Source of the DNA: Cyanobacteria bacterium P01_D01_bin.156
GTDB lineage: Bacteria > Cyanobacteriota > Cyanobacteriia > Phormidesmidales > Phormidesmidaceae
Length of the DNA: 64,000 nucleotides
Assembly (NCBI GenBank): GCA_039024555.1
Contig: JBCCQQ010000001.1
Location: 32,001-96,000 of the forward strand
Reading direction: 5' to 3'
In this document: positions 38,041 through 47,323 of the stretch, one piece after another
Layout of the letters: every line of letters starts with the position of its first letter
Position numbering within the stretch: position 1 is the first letter of the stretch
Made by a program: the position numbers and the translations under genes
Notes under the pieces: generated by a model
Told to the model about the DNA's origin: nothing
Database searches by the model: none
The model's input: the letters and a program-made list of their open reading frames with translations, nothing else

Positions 38041-38679
38041 GATAAACCTGTTTTAGTCTTGTGCTACAACGTTGCCTTTGCATCAATGCTACGACAAAAG
38101 CTTCATGCAGAGGAAATTTCTAAGCAGGTCATAGTTCATAACATCCATAAATAGTGGAATGATACGCTCTGAAACTAGAAACAACCAAAGCCTAGCGGCA
38201 CCCAGTTTTTCGAAAGTACAAGTATAGCCCATGCTTAAGAGTGTGACACTAGTTAGACAATACTGCTCCCAAAACGACTGACCGCATTTACTTGGTGATC
38301 AAAAGAGAATTGAAGATAGTCCAATTCATAAAGTGTAATATTTAAGATGCAATATGGAAAGGTATGCCTATTTTTTAAGGAGTATGTTCATATTGGTCAA
38401 AAAGACTACTCATACTTTAGATTATCGAGACTAGTATTACCCCTTTGGGTACTGTACAAAATCGAATTTCCTTGCAAAATATCGTTAGTGGAATCATCCA
38501 AAATCATGATTGGTACATAACTAGAGATCAAATTCGTAATTTTCTATTATTCTTTAATCGTTTGATTCAGAACTCTTAAATATTTTTTAATCGTCCATTC
38601 AGTCTGATTACATTCTGAGAATTCTTATGCTGTTAGAAGGAGCCCCCCCCTAAAGAATTAGCATTAGTGGTTGGACAGT

Positions 38680-38773
38680 TATAGCGATTTTAGCCCTGGT
38701 GAAGTACATCAGATGCACCTATTGAATGGCTTGAGCTTTGAGTTCGTGCCTCACTGGATAGGAAAACGCTGTA
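38680..38773. mobile_element. IS630-type MITE (~94 bp)
   Basis: TATAGCGATTTTAGCCCTGGTGAAGTAC ... GTGCCTCACTGGATAGGAAAACGCTGTA; same family as 20341-20433. Confidence 0.65.
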
Positions 38774-38869
38774 TATGATTTGCTGACAGAGTGACAAGTA
38801 GATTGTAAACCAGTTTCAGCTGACTAGCAGAAGAGCTAAACATAAAGTTCTACCAATAATGGAACAGCA

Positions 38870-39140
38870 GTTTTCTTGACCAGCTAAACGTGCTTTTCAA
38901 AGCTCAGACTTGTTACCTCGTGATAAGAAAAGATCAATTCGAAGTATTGAAGCAAGTAAAGATGAAATTCAATTTGAAGAACCAGACAAAGACTCTGTGT
39001 CTGAGATTTTGAAAAACTACTAATGTCCTGAAAAAAGCTAGTGAGACAGTACAAGTTATAATAAATCTTTGACACAAATAAAGCCGATTTGAGAAATCAG
39101 TAACTTATAGTTGGGTATAGCCTATAGCTTTTTAGTTTGA
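38870..39140 (+). pseudogene. Decayed remnant of a small helical-domain gene directly upstream of the NACHT gene
   Basis: Stitching across frameshifts and stops gives FLDQLNVLF/QSSDLLPRDKKRSIRSIEASKDEIQFEEPDKDSVSEILK/TTNVLKKASETVQVIINL*H/IKPI*EISNL*LGIAYSFLV*. Confidence 0.55.
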
Positions 39141-39151
39141 AAAAATAGAAA

Positions 39152-41422
39152 ATGGTCAATCAACACCCTCAAGAATCTAATCAAGAGATAAACATTGTAG
39201 ATAGCTCTCTTGAAAAAGTTCAAATTGGTGGTCAGGCAAATAGAGACCTTTATCTTAATCAGATCCAGGGAGATGTAATAAATCTAAGTGTTATTGACCA
39301 TATCTCAGCGTGTGTAGGATTTGGGCAACAGTCTTCACATGAACTGAAAACATTAACCTATACGGCGTATCGCCAACGTAGAGTGTTACTTAACAAAGTA
39401 AAGCTTTTTTGGATTAAGGGGGTGTTGGAAAAGGCTCTACATCATCCGTCAATAATTGAATTAGCGTTAACAAGAGAGACAGACGCCGTACAGCATCCAT
39501 TTGATGGTATAGATGAGTTTTCAGATCAATCTAAAAAGAAAATTCGTCAAGACACTGAGATAATAGATATTTTTGAAAATATGGGGACAGGGCGCACCTT
39601 ATTACTTCTTGGTGAACCAGGCTCTGGCAAAACAACAACTCTTCTAAAATTAACTCGCACTTTAATTAATCGCATCGAAGATAATTTGAGTCAACCGATA
39701 CCGGTCGTATTTAATCTCTCAAGCTGGGTTAATAATAAGCTCTTTTCTGATTGGTTAATTGAAGAACTCTATAGTAAATATCAAATACCTAAAAACCTTG
39801 GCCATCAGTGGATTGAGAATCAAGACTTAATATTAATGTTAGATGGCTTGGATGAAGTTAAAAATAGCCTTCGAAATGAATGTGTACAAGAGTTAAATGA
39901 ATTCATTCAAACACATGGCATGACAGAAATTGTAGTATGCTGTCGCCTTGCAGAATATAAGAAAATTTCTAACAAATTGAGACTGCATGGAGCAATTTGT
40001 CTTCAACCACTAACTTGCACTCAAGTAATGCAATACCTGAGTCAGAAGGGAGATAAGTTAAAAGCCGTCAAAGATCTTTTGCAAAAAGATACAGAATTGC
40101 AAGACTTTGCCCGAAATCCTTTAATATTAAATATAATCAGTCTTGCTTATCAAGATCAATCGGTTGAAGATATAGAGCAGACTAGATCAATGGTTGAACT
40201 TCGTGAGTTGATCTTCAGAAAATATATCAACAGAGTTATTAACCGAAAGCTTCATAAACAAAAATATGCTGAATGTGATAGTCTCTTTTGGCTGACTTGG
40301 TTAGCAAAAAAAATGAAAGAAGAGTCTAAAACAATTTTTTTTGTTGAGGAACTTCAACCCACAGTCCTAAATAACAACCAAAAGAACACTTATAAGATAT
40401 TTAGCCAAACTACATTAATAACAATATATGCATTACTCTTTTTGCCTTCAGTGATTTTCATTGATTTTCTTATATTACATAATTCCACTCGTCTCTTTCA
40501 AGGAATACTAGGTGATGCAGTCATAGCTCTTATACTAGGCATAATCAGTAGTTCGTCAGTAGAAGAGATACGCCTTGTAGAAAAGATAGATTTTTCCTGG
40601 AGCAGAGCATTAAAGGGGATGTTGTTCTACGGCTTAATATTAGGCCCGACAATAGGAACTTTTTATGATTTACTCACTCGCGGAATCATATTCAAATTCC
40701 GAAAAGCTATTAGATTTATTGATAAAGTAAGACAATATACAGCGTTAATCGGAGCATTTATAGGATTTATATCAGGTGTTATTACTAGTACATATAATTC
40801 TGTCTATTATGCTTGGGATTTAACGAGCCTTATGCATAATATAATTCAGATTTTATTGTCTATAGTAACTATAATTTCAGCAAGCATAGTTGGGCTTTTG
40901 TCAGGCTATGCATTGTTATCTTTTGGTTGGCTATTAACATTGATTTGGTTCTTAGCCTATGTCTTTTCTGGTACAGTAGCAGGAGCAGTTGAAGGTATTA
41001 AATGTGGATTAAGTGTATCAAAGATAAAGACAAAGACTTATCCAAATGAAGGATTAATAGAGTCAGTTAAAAACTCTCTTATGATAGGTTTGGTCGTGGG
41101 ATTAATATCGGCTGTTATCATATACCCAGTAGTAAAGGTTGTTGCCAATGCAATACTAGTAAGTATATTTATTGGTACATCTTTAGGCTTACTTACCTTA
41201 TTTATCTTTGGTGGCCAAGCCTTTTCTAAATATTTTTTGCTGCGTGTTTTTCTATATCATAAAGGATTAGTTCCATGGCATTATTCTGATTTTCTTGATT
41301 ATGCTTCTGAACGCATTATTCTGCAAAAGGTGGGTGGGGGCTATATCTTTATTCATCGAATGTTACTAGAATATTTTACGGAAATAGAGATGGCGAAAAA
41401 ACCTTCGCCTAAGTATTTCTAG
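39152..41422 (+). CDS. NACHT NTPase (bacterial NLR-like) with C-terminal transmembrane helices
   Basis: Walker A GEPGSGKT, Walker B LMLDGLDE, IPVVFNLSSW, C-terminal FLDYASERIILQKVGGGYIFIHRML; low GC. Confidence 0.92.
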   Translation: MVNQHPQESNQEINIVDSSLEKVQIGGQANRDLYLNQIQGDVINLSVIDHISACVGFGQQSSHELKTLTYTAYRQRRVLLNKVKLFWIKGVLEKALHHPSIIELALTRETDAVQHPFDGIDEFSDQSKKKIRQDTEIIDIFENMGTGRTLLLLGEPGSGKTTTLLKLTRTLINRIEDNLSQPIPVVFNLSSWVNNKLFSDWLIEELYSKYQIPKNLGHQWIENQDLILMLDGLDEVKNSLRNECVQELNEFIQTHGMTEIVVCCRLAEYKKISNKLRLHGAICLQPLTCTQVMQYLSQKGDKLKAVKDLLQKDTELQDFARNPLILNIISLAYQDQSVEDIEQTRSMVELRELIFRKYINRVINRKLHKQKYAECDSLFWLTWLAKKMKEESKTIFFVEELQPTVLNNNQKNTYKIFSQTTLITIYALLFLPSVIFIDFLILHNSTRLFQGILGDAVIALILGIISSSSVEEIRLVEKIDFSWSRALKGMLFYGLILGPTIGTFYDLLTRGIIFKFRKAIRFIDKVRQYTALIGAFIGFISGVITSTYNSVYYAWDLTSLMHNIIQILLSIVTIISASIVGLLSGYALLSFGWLLTLIWFLAYVFSGTVAGAVEGIKCGLSVSKIKTKTYPNEGLIESVKNSLMIGLVVGLISAVIIYPVVKVVANAILVSIFIGTSLGLLTLFIFGGQAFSKYFLLRVFLYHKGLVPWHYSDFLDYASERIILQKVGGGYIFIHRMLLEYFTEIEMAKKPSPKYF

Positions 41423-41447
41423 AGTTAGAGGTTTGCTGGGTACGGAC

Positions 41448-42752
41448 CTTGGTGATGCAGAAAACTCTGTAGAGTCTCAAGATGAGAATACTGTGACTTT
41501 TGAGAATTCAATACGAGAGTCTAATCGATCTCGTTTTCGTTGAGACGCGCTAGCAGGAATCGGATTGAGCTTGGGTAATCCCTGTAGTGTTGGTAAAGGT
41601 AAACGCAGACAACAGAGTCTGGCGAGTTCTCGGAGCCCGAGCTGCAGAAAACTCAGTCCTCGTTGGCCATGCCAATCGAGACGCGAGCGCTGCCTCGCTT
41701 GAACGACCATCATTCCGAGGACAACGGCAAGTAACGAGGCACAGTCGAGGAGCATAAATAGGCAGGTGAGTGCGGTAGAGTTGCGTAAGCCAGAACGTAG
41801 GACGTCAAAGGTCGCAGATTTGTAATCTTTGAAGTGTGGTTCAATGCCCCCAAAGCGTTTCCCATACATGGCAAAGGTTTGTAAGGAAGGTGATTAGTTT
41901 GATAAAACAGCCCACGCCTCTCCGGCAAGAGGTACATTAGCCGTGGCAAGATGCCCCTTGATATCATCGAGAACGGTCACGTCATGGAATAGGTAAGCCT
42001 GCTGATCCGGGGGTAGGAGATGCTCAACGGATATGGGCATTCCTGTTGTCAGAGTCACCTGCAAATCAGATTTAACCCGAATCGCCCAGTCCCACTTTTG
42101 GTGTTGCAACCAACGTAGCAAGGCTCCATGCTGAAAGCCTCTGTCAGCTAGAAATGTGATACTACAGTTCGATGGCAAAACAGCTCTAGCACGCTCTAAA
42201 ACAGGCTGATAATCGTCAAAACCAACCGTTGCACTGCCATGCTCTAAAACAACTTGGGCTAAGGTCAGAGACCGTCCACCCCAGGCAAGGCACACTTCAA
42301 TCAGACAAAACTCATCCCACAACATACTGGTATCGAGCACCAATGTCAGAGCACTCCCGGCAAATGCCTTCAGAACCTGACGGAGAAGAGGAGCATAGAA
42401 TCGTTCAGCATTGATGTGCTCATTGTGGACCAAATAACTCAGACGTTCCAAGTGACCACGCGCCTGACAGGTCCGATGGCTCAGATACGGAATCCATTTC
42501 CCCATCGATGCACTTTGGGATTGTAGAATGGCCGAAACAGCCTCTGCAACGCCTTGGAGATGACGTTGGTCTTTAGGATTCACCCATTGACGCAATTGCA
42601 TTTGAAGTTGACGATACAGGAGAGGTGTTTCCATGAGACGGACTGTGAGTTGGGGAACTTCAGCCTCTCACGAAATGCCTCTTCCACACGGCCTTGTCTC
42701 AAATAAGACTCCAGATATAGAGAGACTTTCAAGACTTTTCTGCATCACTAAG
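41448..42752 (-). mobile_element. IS4-like element with inactivated transposase, inserted in an IS630 remnant
   Basis: IRs CTTGGTGATGCAGAAAA / TTTTCTGCATCACTAAG; 10-bp duplication GGGTACGGAC (41438-41447, 42753-42762). Confidence 0.85.
41477..42634 (-). pseudogene. IS4-like DDE transposase with in-frame premature TAA at 41894-41896
   Basis: LVLDTS, LADRGF and YGKRFGGIEPHFKDYKS (YREK-like) motifs; the two track ORFs share one frame and are separated by a single stop. Confidence 0.85.
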
Positions 42753-42987
42753 GGGTACGGACTTTGGGGGCAACATGGTCCGTCTCTCGATATTGCTTGA
42801 GCAATTTACCAACAAAGCTGGGGGCCACTCTGAATTGTTCTGCTAGCTTACGTTGAGAAATCCCACTGGCCACATAGGCGTCTACAATCTTCTGACGCAA
42901 GTCAATTGAATACGGCTTCATAACGTCGCAGAATCAGTCTGTTGGACAATACTAGTGTCATACCTTATCTGCATGGGAAACGCTATA
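42753..42987 (-). mobile_element. IS630-family 5' remnant
   Basis: End TATAGCGTTTCCCATGCAG; ATG 42921 MKPYSIDLRQKIVDAY...SQRKLAEQF...VAPKVRT, continuing QQTSNS across the IS4 insertion and then truncated. Confidence 0.8.
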
Positions 42988-43163
42988 TGCTCATTAGTTG
43001 CTAAGAATTAGGCAATAGTTAATGAGTTGAAAAAGGCTGATAAATATTAACAACGCAAAGCAGCTATTGAAATATCCCAGGACTAATCACTACAAGCTAG
43101 AGGCTATCTGTTCCAATTAGTGAATAGTCAAGTAACAAAGGATAGGATCTTATATACTTTGTT

Positions 43164-45008
43164 CTACGGGACCATTTTTCGAATTACTTGCAAAGCTAAA
43201 TTTGCATCTATTCTGCCCTTACCATAACGAGCATGCCATTCTGTATCTGGTAGAGTTGAGCGAGCAGATTCAGCTAAGACTTCACGAATTTTTTCGATGG
43301 AAAGATCTTTGTTCAAATTACGAGCTTCAGCAAGCATAAGGGCTATAACTCCAGAAACAGCTGGTGCAGCCATACTAGTTCCAGATTTGCTAGTAACGCC
43401 TATCCCACTCGCTGAACTTGCCGCCATTACATTATGCCCAGGCGCACTTATCTCTGGTTTTTGACGTTTATCCCTAGTCGGTCCTGCACTTGAAAAGTCA
43501 GATATCGGCTGCCCAGGAGAGTAGGCATCATACGAGCCAACAACTATGCTGCATTTTCCGCAAGCAATAGAACTCAATGTATGGGAACTATCATGAGGTG
43601 AAGCAAATCGAGATGGCCCATCATCGTCACGTTCTATCCAGGCATGAAAATTACCATCCGTTATACTGATACCGTGAAGACGGACTGTGATTTTTGAAGG
43701 GGGAATTGGAGCTCCAGAACTAGCATTCATAAAAATGCCAATGCTGTTATCTCCATTCAAAGGGTCTTCTCGATTATGAGCTATAAAAAATATAAGTTCT
43801 CCATTTTCGTTACTGATTTTAGAGGAAGTTCCTAAATCTGTTAGACCTATGGTTTGACCCGTTTCATCAATTAATTCAACTCTTAGCTGATCTACTTTAC
43901 TGTACCAAATTTCCATTTCATTATGAGTGAAATCAAAATCTGCTGGATTAAAGTCATCATCAAAACCAACTTCCCATATCAAATCCGTAAAACATCCTTC
44001 TGCAACCCTACCTTGAGCATGAATACCGTCTGCAAAAGAATTGCTAGCCGCCACGACTACTGCACGGTTAGGCTTTGATTGGACTATTACATCAATTGCT
44101 TGCTCAACCAAGTTGGTGCCATCATGAGGGCCTCCATTAGTGCCAAGACTGACATTAATTACGCAAGGGTGATTTCCAGCTTGCTCAAATATATAGCAGA
44201 TAGCCTCTATGAGTTGACTTGAGCTGCCATAATTAGCTCGATTATTATCTGTATCAACAACATCTGTTCCTACCCACGCAACGTCACTCTTGCTAAGATG
44301 AACAAAAATAATATCTGATTGAGGAGCGATTCCAGCAACACCACTACCAAGACCATTGCCACAAGCAATGTCCATTACATGTGTTCCATGGCTTTTGAAA
44401 CCTGGAGAATAACCAAGAGTTATAAAGGGACTAGTATCAGCTGAAGTAAGTGCAGCATTAATTTCAGCTTGTGTATGAACTTTTCCATAGCCAAAAGGGC
44501 TTGTAGGATCTGATGTGGCCGTTTGATCCCACAACTTGAGAATTCGTGAAGTGCCATCAGAGTTGCGAAAATTACGGTGTAAGAAGTCACACCCTGTATC
44601 AATAATGCCAACTATTGTTCCTTGGCCCTGTTGCCCTTGATCCGGTTTTGGTAATAACTCTGTACGAACACCGATTTCTTGTACAGTCTTCCCTAAAGTT
44701 GTCTTTAGAGGTTGAGTCACCTGAATACTTTGAACATAAGGTAGTTGCATTAAAGCTTCTACTCTTGCTAATGGGATTTTTGCAGTTACAATATGAGCTC
44801 CCTCAGATGTCTTACCTAAGTCAGCTCCGGCAGAGACTTCACTAATATCTAACCAGCTTGTTAAATCAGAGACTTTAGCTAAAATGGCCATCTTATTGTT
44901 CGAAGTTGAACATGTCGCAGGAATCACCATTCCTTCTGACATAAGCTCCAGATAGAATTGGATTCTCGGATCAACTTTATGAGCAATCTGATTCGTTTCA
45001 AAATACAT
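43164..45008 (-). CDS. S8 (subtilisin-like) serine peptidase with internal insertion domain
   Basis: Catalytic triad motifs GIIDTG, HGTHV, GTSMAAP; FSSAGPT; no obvious signal peptide. Confidence 0.92.
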   Translation of the reverse strand: MYFETNQIAHKVDPRIQFYLELMSEGMVIPATCSTSNNKMAILAKVSDLTSWLDISEVSAGADLGKTSEGAHIVTAKIPLARVEALMQLPYVQSIQVTQPLKTTLGKTVQEIGVRTELLPKPDQGQQGQGTIVGIIDTGCDFLHRNFRNSDGTSRILKLWDQTATSDPTSPFGYGKVHTQAEINAALTSADTSPFITLGYSPGFKSHGTHVMDIACGNGLGSGVAGIAPQSDIIFVHLSKSDVAWVGTDVVDTDNNRANYGSSSQLIEAICYIFEQAGNHPCVINVSLGTNGGPHDGTNLVEQAIDVIVQSKPNRAVVVAASNSFADGIHAQGRVAEGCFTDLIWEVGFDDDFNPADFDFTHNEMEIWYSKVDQLRVELIDETGQTIGLTDLGTSSKISNENGELIFFIAHNREDPLNGDNSIGIFMNASSGAPIPPSKITVRLHGISITDGNFHAWIERDDDGPSRFASPHDSSHTLSSIACGKCSIVVGSYDAYSPGQPISDFSSAGPTRDKRQKPEISAPGHNVMAASSASGIGVTSKSGTSMAAPAVSGVIALMLAEARNLNKDLSIEKIREVLAESARSTLPDTEWHARYGKGRIDANLALQVIRKMVP

Positions 45009-45538
45009 TCATTGTCTCCTAATTGAAAAATTGTTTCTTATATATCGTTGTATGCTCAATAAATAATTTAAGGAGATAAAAAAAGGCTAGATCATGGATA
45101 TATATTTAGGGGGGAAAATAGATATCGTACCTAAGATATGCTTAGGAATGCTCACGACTAGTACTGCTAAGATCACATTAACGAGCCTAACCAATGATAC
45201 CAAACGTTATGAAGCCGTTTAACGGTTGCATTAACTAGCAGGACGAATATAGCCTTGTACTATCTTGAGTTACACGAAGTTTTACACAATAGTTAGCCTG
45301 TGTTTTGTAGTATCTCTATAGATGAAAAATTGTTGTTGTCTTTGCGTCAAGAGATAATGTTGCTTCAGAAACTTCGGCATAGTTTTTTGCAGAAACTTAG
45401 CATAGAAGTTAAGGAGTGCCATGAATAACCAGCGTTACATAATTGAATAATTTTCGAAGGCAGTTATGATGTGGTTCAAGTGTTCTACTACCAAGGAACT
45501 CTTCAGCCTATGGATCATAAATACTGAATATCTGCTCT

Positions 45539-46618
45539 ATGCCTTCGCAATCACCGTTAATTCTATCTGATGCTTACGAACGGTTTTTAACCGACCTCAA
45601 GACGCTGATCAAAACTTCACAGATCAAAGCTGCGCTTGCGGTTAATTCTGAACTCATCAAACTCTACTGGAAAATCGGTCGAGACATTCTTCACCGTCAG
45701 CAACAGGAAGGCTGGGGTAGTAAGGTCATTGACCGCCTATCCCAAGATTTGAAACGGGAATTCCCTACGATGAAAGGGTTTTCTCCTAGAAATCTCAAGT
45801 ACATGAGGGCATTTGCTGAAGCCAATCCAGACCAGCAAATTGTGCAAGAGGTGCTTGCACAAATCACTTGGTACCACAATATTGCCCTGCTGGAAAAGCT
45901 TAAAGTCCCCGAAACTCGCTACTGGTATGCTCAGCAGACGGTTATTCATGGCTGGAGCCGTAATATTCTGGTCATGCAAATTGAAAATGGCTTGTTTGAG
46001 CGCCAGGGCAATGCCATCAATAATTTCCAGCAAACTTTACCACCTGAGCAAACTGATCTCAGCCATAGTTTGCTCAAAGACCCCTATAATTTTGACTTTT
46101 TAACATTACAGGATGCCTATCAAGAGCGTGACCTGGAACAGGCATTGATCGTACGAATCCGCGATTTTTTGCTGGAACTAGGCGTAGGCTTTGCCTTTGT
46201 GGGTAGTCAATATCGTTTAGAAGTAGAAGGCGACGAGTTCTTTCTTGATATGCTTCTCTACCATGTCAAGCTCCATCGATACGTGGTCCTCGAACTTAAG
46301 GTCACCGATTTCAAGCCAGAATATGCTGGAAAAATGAACTTCTACATCACTGCCGTTAATCAACTGCTGTGTGGTGACCGTGATGATCCAACCATTGGCA
46401 TCATCCTATGCCGCTCCAAGAAGCAAACGATAGTCGAGTTTGCTTTGGGAACTGTTCAGAACCCTATCGGTGTTTCAACCTATAAACTGCGTGACGAGTT
46501 ACCGCCAGCTCTGCAAGAAAGTCTACCGACTGTCGAGCAATTGGAGATGGAGCTGGATACAGCATTTCAAGAACTTAAATCCCAAAGCAATACATCCTTT
46601 AACCAAAGTGATGATTGA
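45539..46618 (+). CDS. yhcG: YhcG/DUF1016 family PDDEXK nuclease
   Basis: AVNSELIKLYWKIG, GFSPRNLKYMRAFA, KDPYNFDFL, FLLELGVGFAFVGSQ, ELK, PTIGIILC motifs. Confidence 0.9.
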   Translation: MPSQSPLILSDAYERFLTDLKTLIKTSQIKAALAVNSELIKLYWKIGRDILHRQQQEGWGSKVIDRLSQDLKREFPTMKGFSPRNLKYMRAFAEANPDQQIVQEVLAQITWYHNIALLEKLKVPETRYWYAQQTVIHGWSRNILVMQIENGLFERQGNAINNFQQTLPPEQTDLSHSLLKDPYNFDFLTLQDAYQERDLEQALIVRIRDFLLELGVGFAFVGSQYRLEVEGDEFFLDMLLYHVKLHRYVVLELKVTDFKPEYAGKMNFYITAVNQLLCGDRDDPTIGIILCRSKKQTIVEFALGTVQNPIGVSTYKLRDELPPALQESLPTVEQLEMELDTAFQELKSQSNTSFNQSDD

Positions 46619-46665
46619 GATTGCCATCAATGAGCAAAGGTAACAAGACCTAACTTAGCTGAGCG

Positions 46666-46804
46666 TGAGGAGTTTTCTTCCTTGTCCTAAGACGCTAGTT
46701 GAGTAGCCGTATGACGTCAAAGGTAAAATGCACGCTCCTCCGTCGCGCCCTTGACATCATACGGCTACTCAACTCTCAGAAAGGACAGAAAGAAAAAACT
46801 CTCA
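46666..46804. promoter_or_regulatory. Long imperfect hairpin; candidate single-stranded-DNA promoter (Frpo/ssi-like)
   Basis: 24-bp stem 46697-46720/46751-46774 (1 mismatch) plus an outer imperfect stem; the - strand carries TTGACG-N17-TAGCGT with the -10 in the unpaired bubble. Confidence 0.6.
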
Positions 46805-46986
46805 AACGAAGTCATTGTTAATCAGGACAACCTAGACAAGGTTATTGCTCAAAAGATCAGTTCTGAATACACCGCTCATTCTTCTACATTGAACGCCACC
46901 TATTTCAAGAGCAGTTCTGAGTAGCAGAATAAGGCTTTCTGTCTTCGTGCTTTTTGAACTTGAAATAGCCCAAATTTACTTCGCCA

Positions 46987-47030
46987 TACTAAAAGGATTT
47001 GCGGCAAACTTGCGGCAAATCCTTTTAGTA
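46987..47030 (-). terminator. Perfect 16-bp inverted repeat downstream of tRNA-Gln (terminator and/or att-associated site)
   Basis: TACTAAAAGGATTTGC / GCAAATCCTTTTAGTA with a 12-nt loop. Confidence 0.65.
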
Positions 47031-47045
47031 AATCTCTGAAACTAA

Positions 47046-47117
47046 CTGGGGCGGTAGGATTCGAACCTACGAATGACGGGACCAAAACCCGCTGCCTTAC
47101 CGCTTGGCCACGCCCCA
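47046..47117 (-). tRNA. trnQ: tRNA-Gln (anticodon TTG), CCA not encoded
   Basis: TGGGGCGTGGCCAAGCGGTAAGGCAGCGGGTTTTGGTCCCGTCATTCGTAGGTTCGAATCCTACCGCCCCAG folds as a cloverleaf with a GTTCGAATC T-loop. Confidence 0.97.
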
Positions 47118-47178
47118 ACGTGTCCATACAAGCACTAGATTTACCAATACTTGACTGGTTTGATTTACCAGCTCATGT

Positions 47179-47209
47179 ATATTAGCAGTTTTTATCCTTG
47201 TGCTGTCAA
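47179..47209 (-). promoter_or_regulatory. Possible tRNA promoter
   Basis: TTGACA-N19-TAATAT with extended TG; the spacer is long. Confidence 0.4.
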
Positions 47210-47323
47210 TAACTACCGCTAATTTTTTTGAATTCCGCCCTATACCTCTGAATTAGTCGCTACAAGAACCTATTGCAGAGTTATGTAATAGTGAAGTCTT
47301 AAACATCAGCACTGCGTCCCCCA

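Larger units (their letters stand above)
1..47045. mobile_element. Genomic island / ICE-like element (left boundary outside window) ending at the 3' end of tRNA-Gln
   Basis: Contains a T4SS cluster, T4CP, ssb, methylases, YhcG, defence-type genes and many IS. Housekeeping genes begin right after the tRNA. By eye, HIP1 GCGATCGC is sparser here (about 4 seen in 47 kb) than in 47-64 kb (about 9 seen). Confidence 0.85.

Noticed and set aside
38884..39075. 63-aa minus-strand ORF
   Set aside because: Better explained as the antisense of the decayed plus-strand gene remnant.
46900..47127. 75-aa minus-strand ORF
   Set aside because: It overlaps tRNA-Gln and its hairpin; spurious translation.
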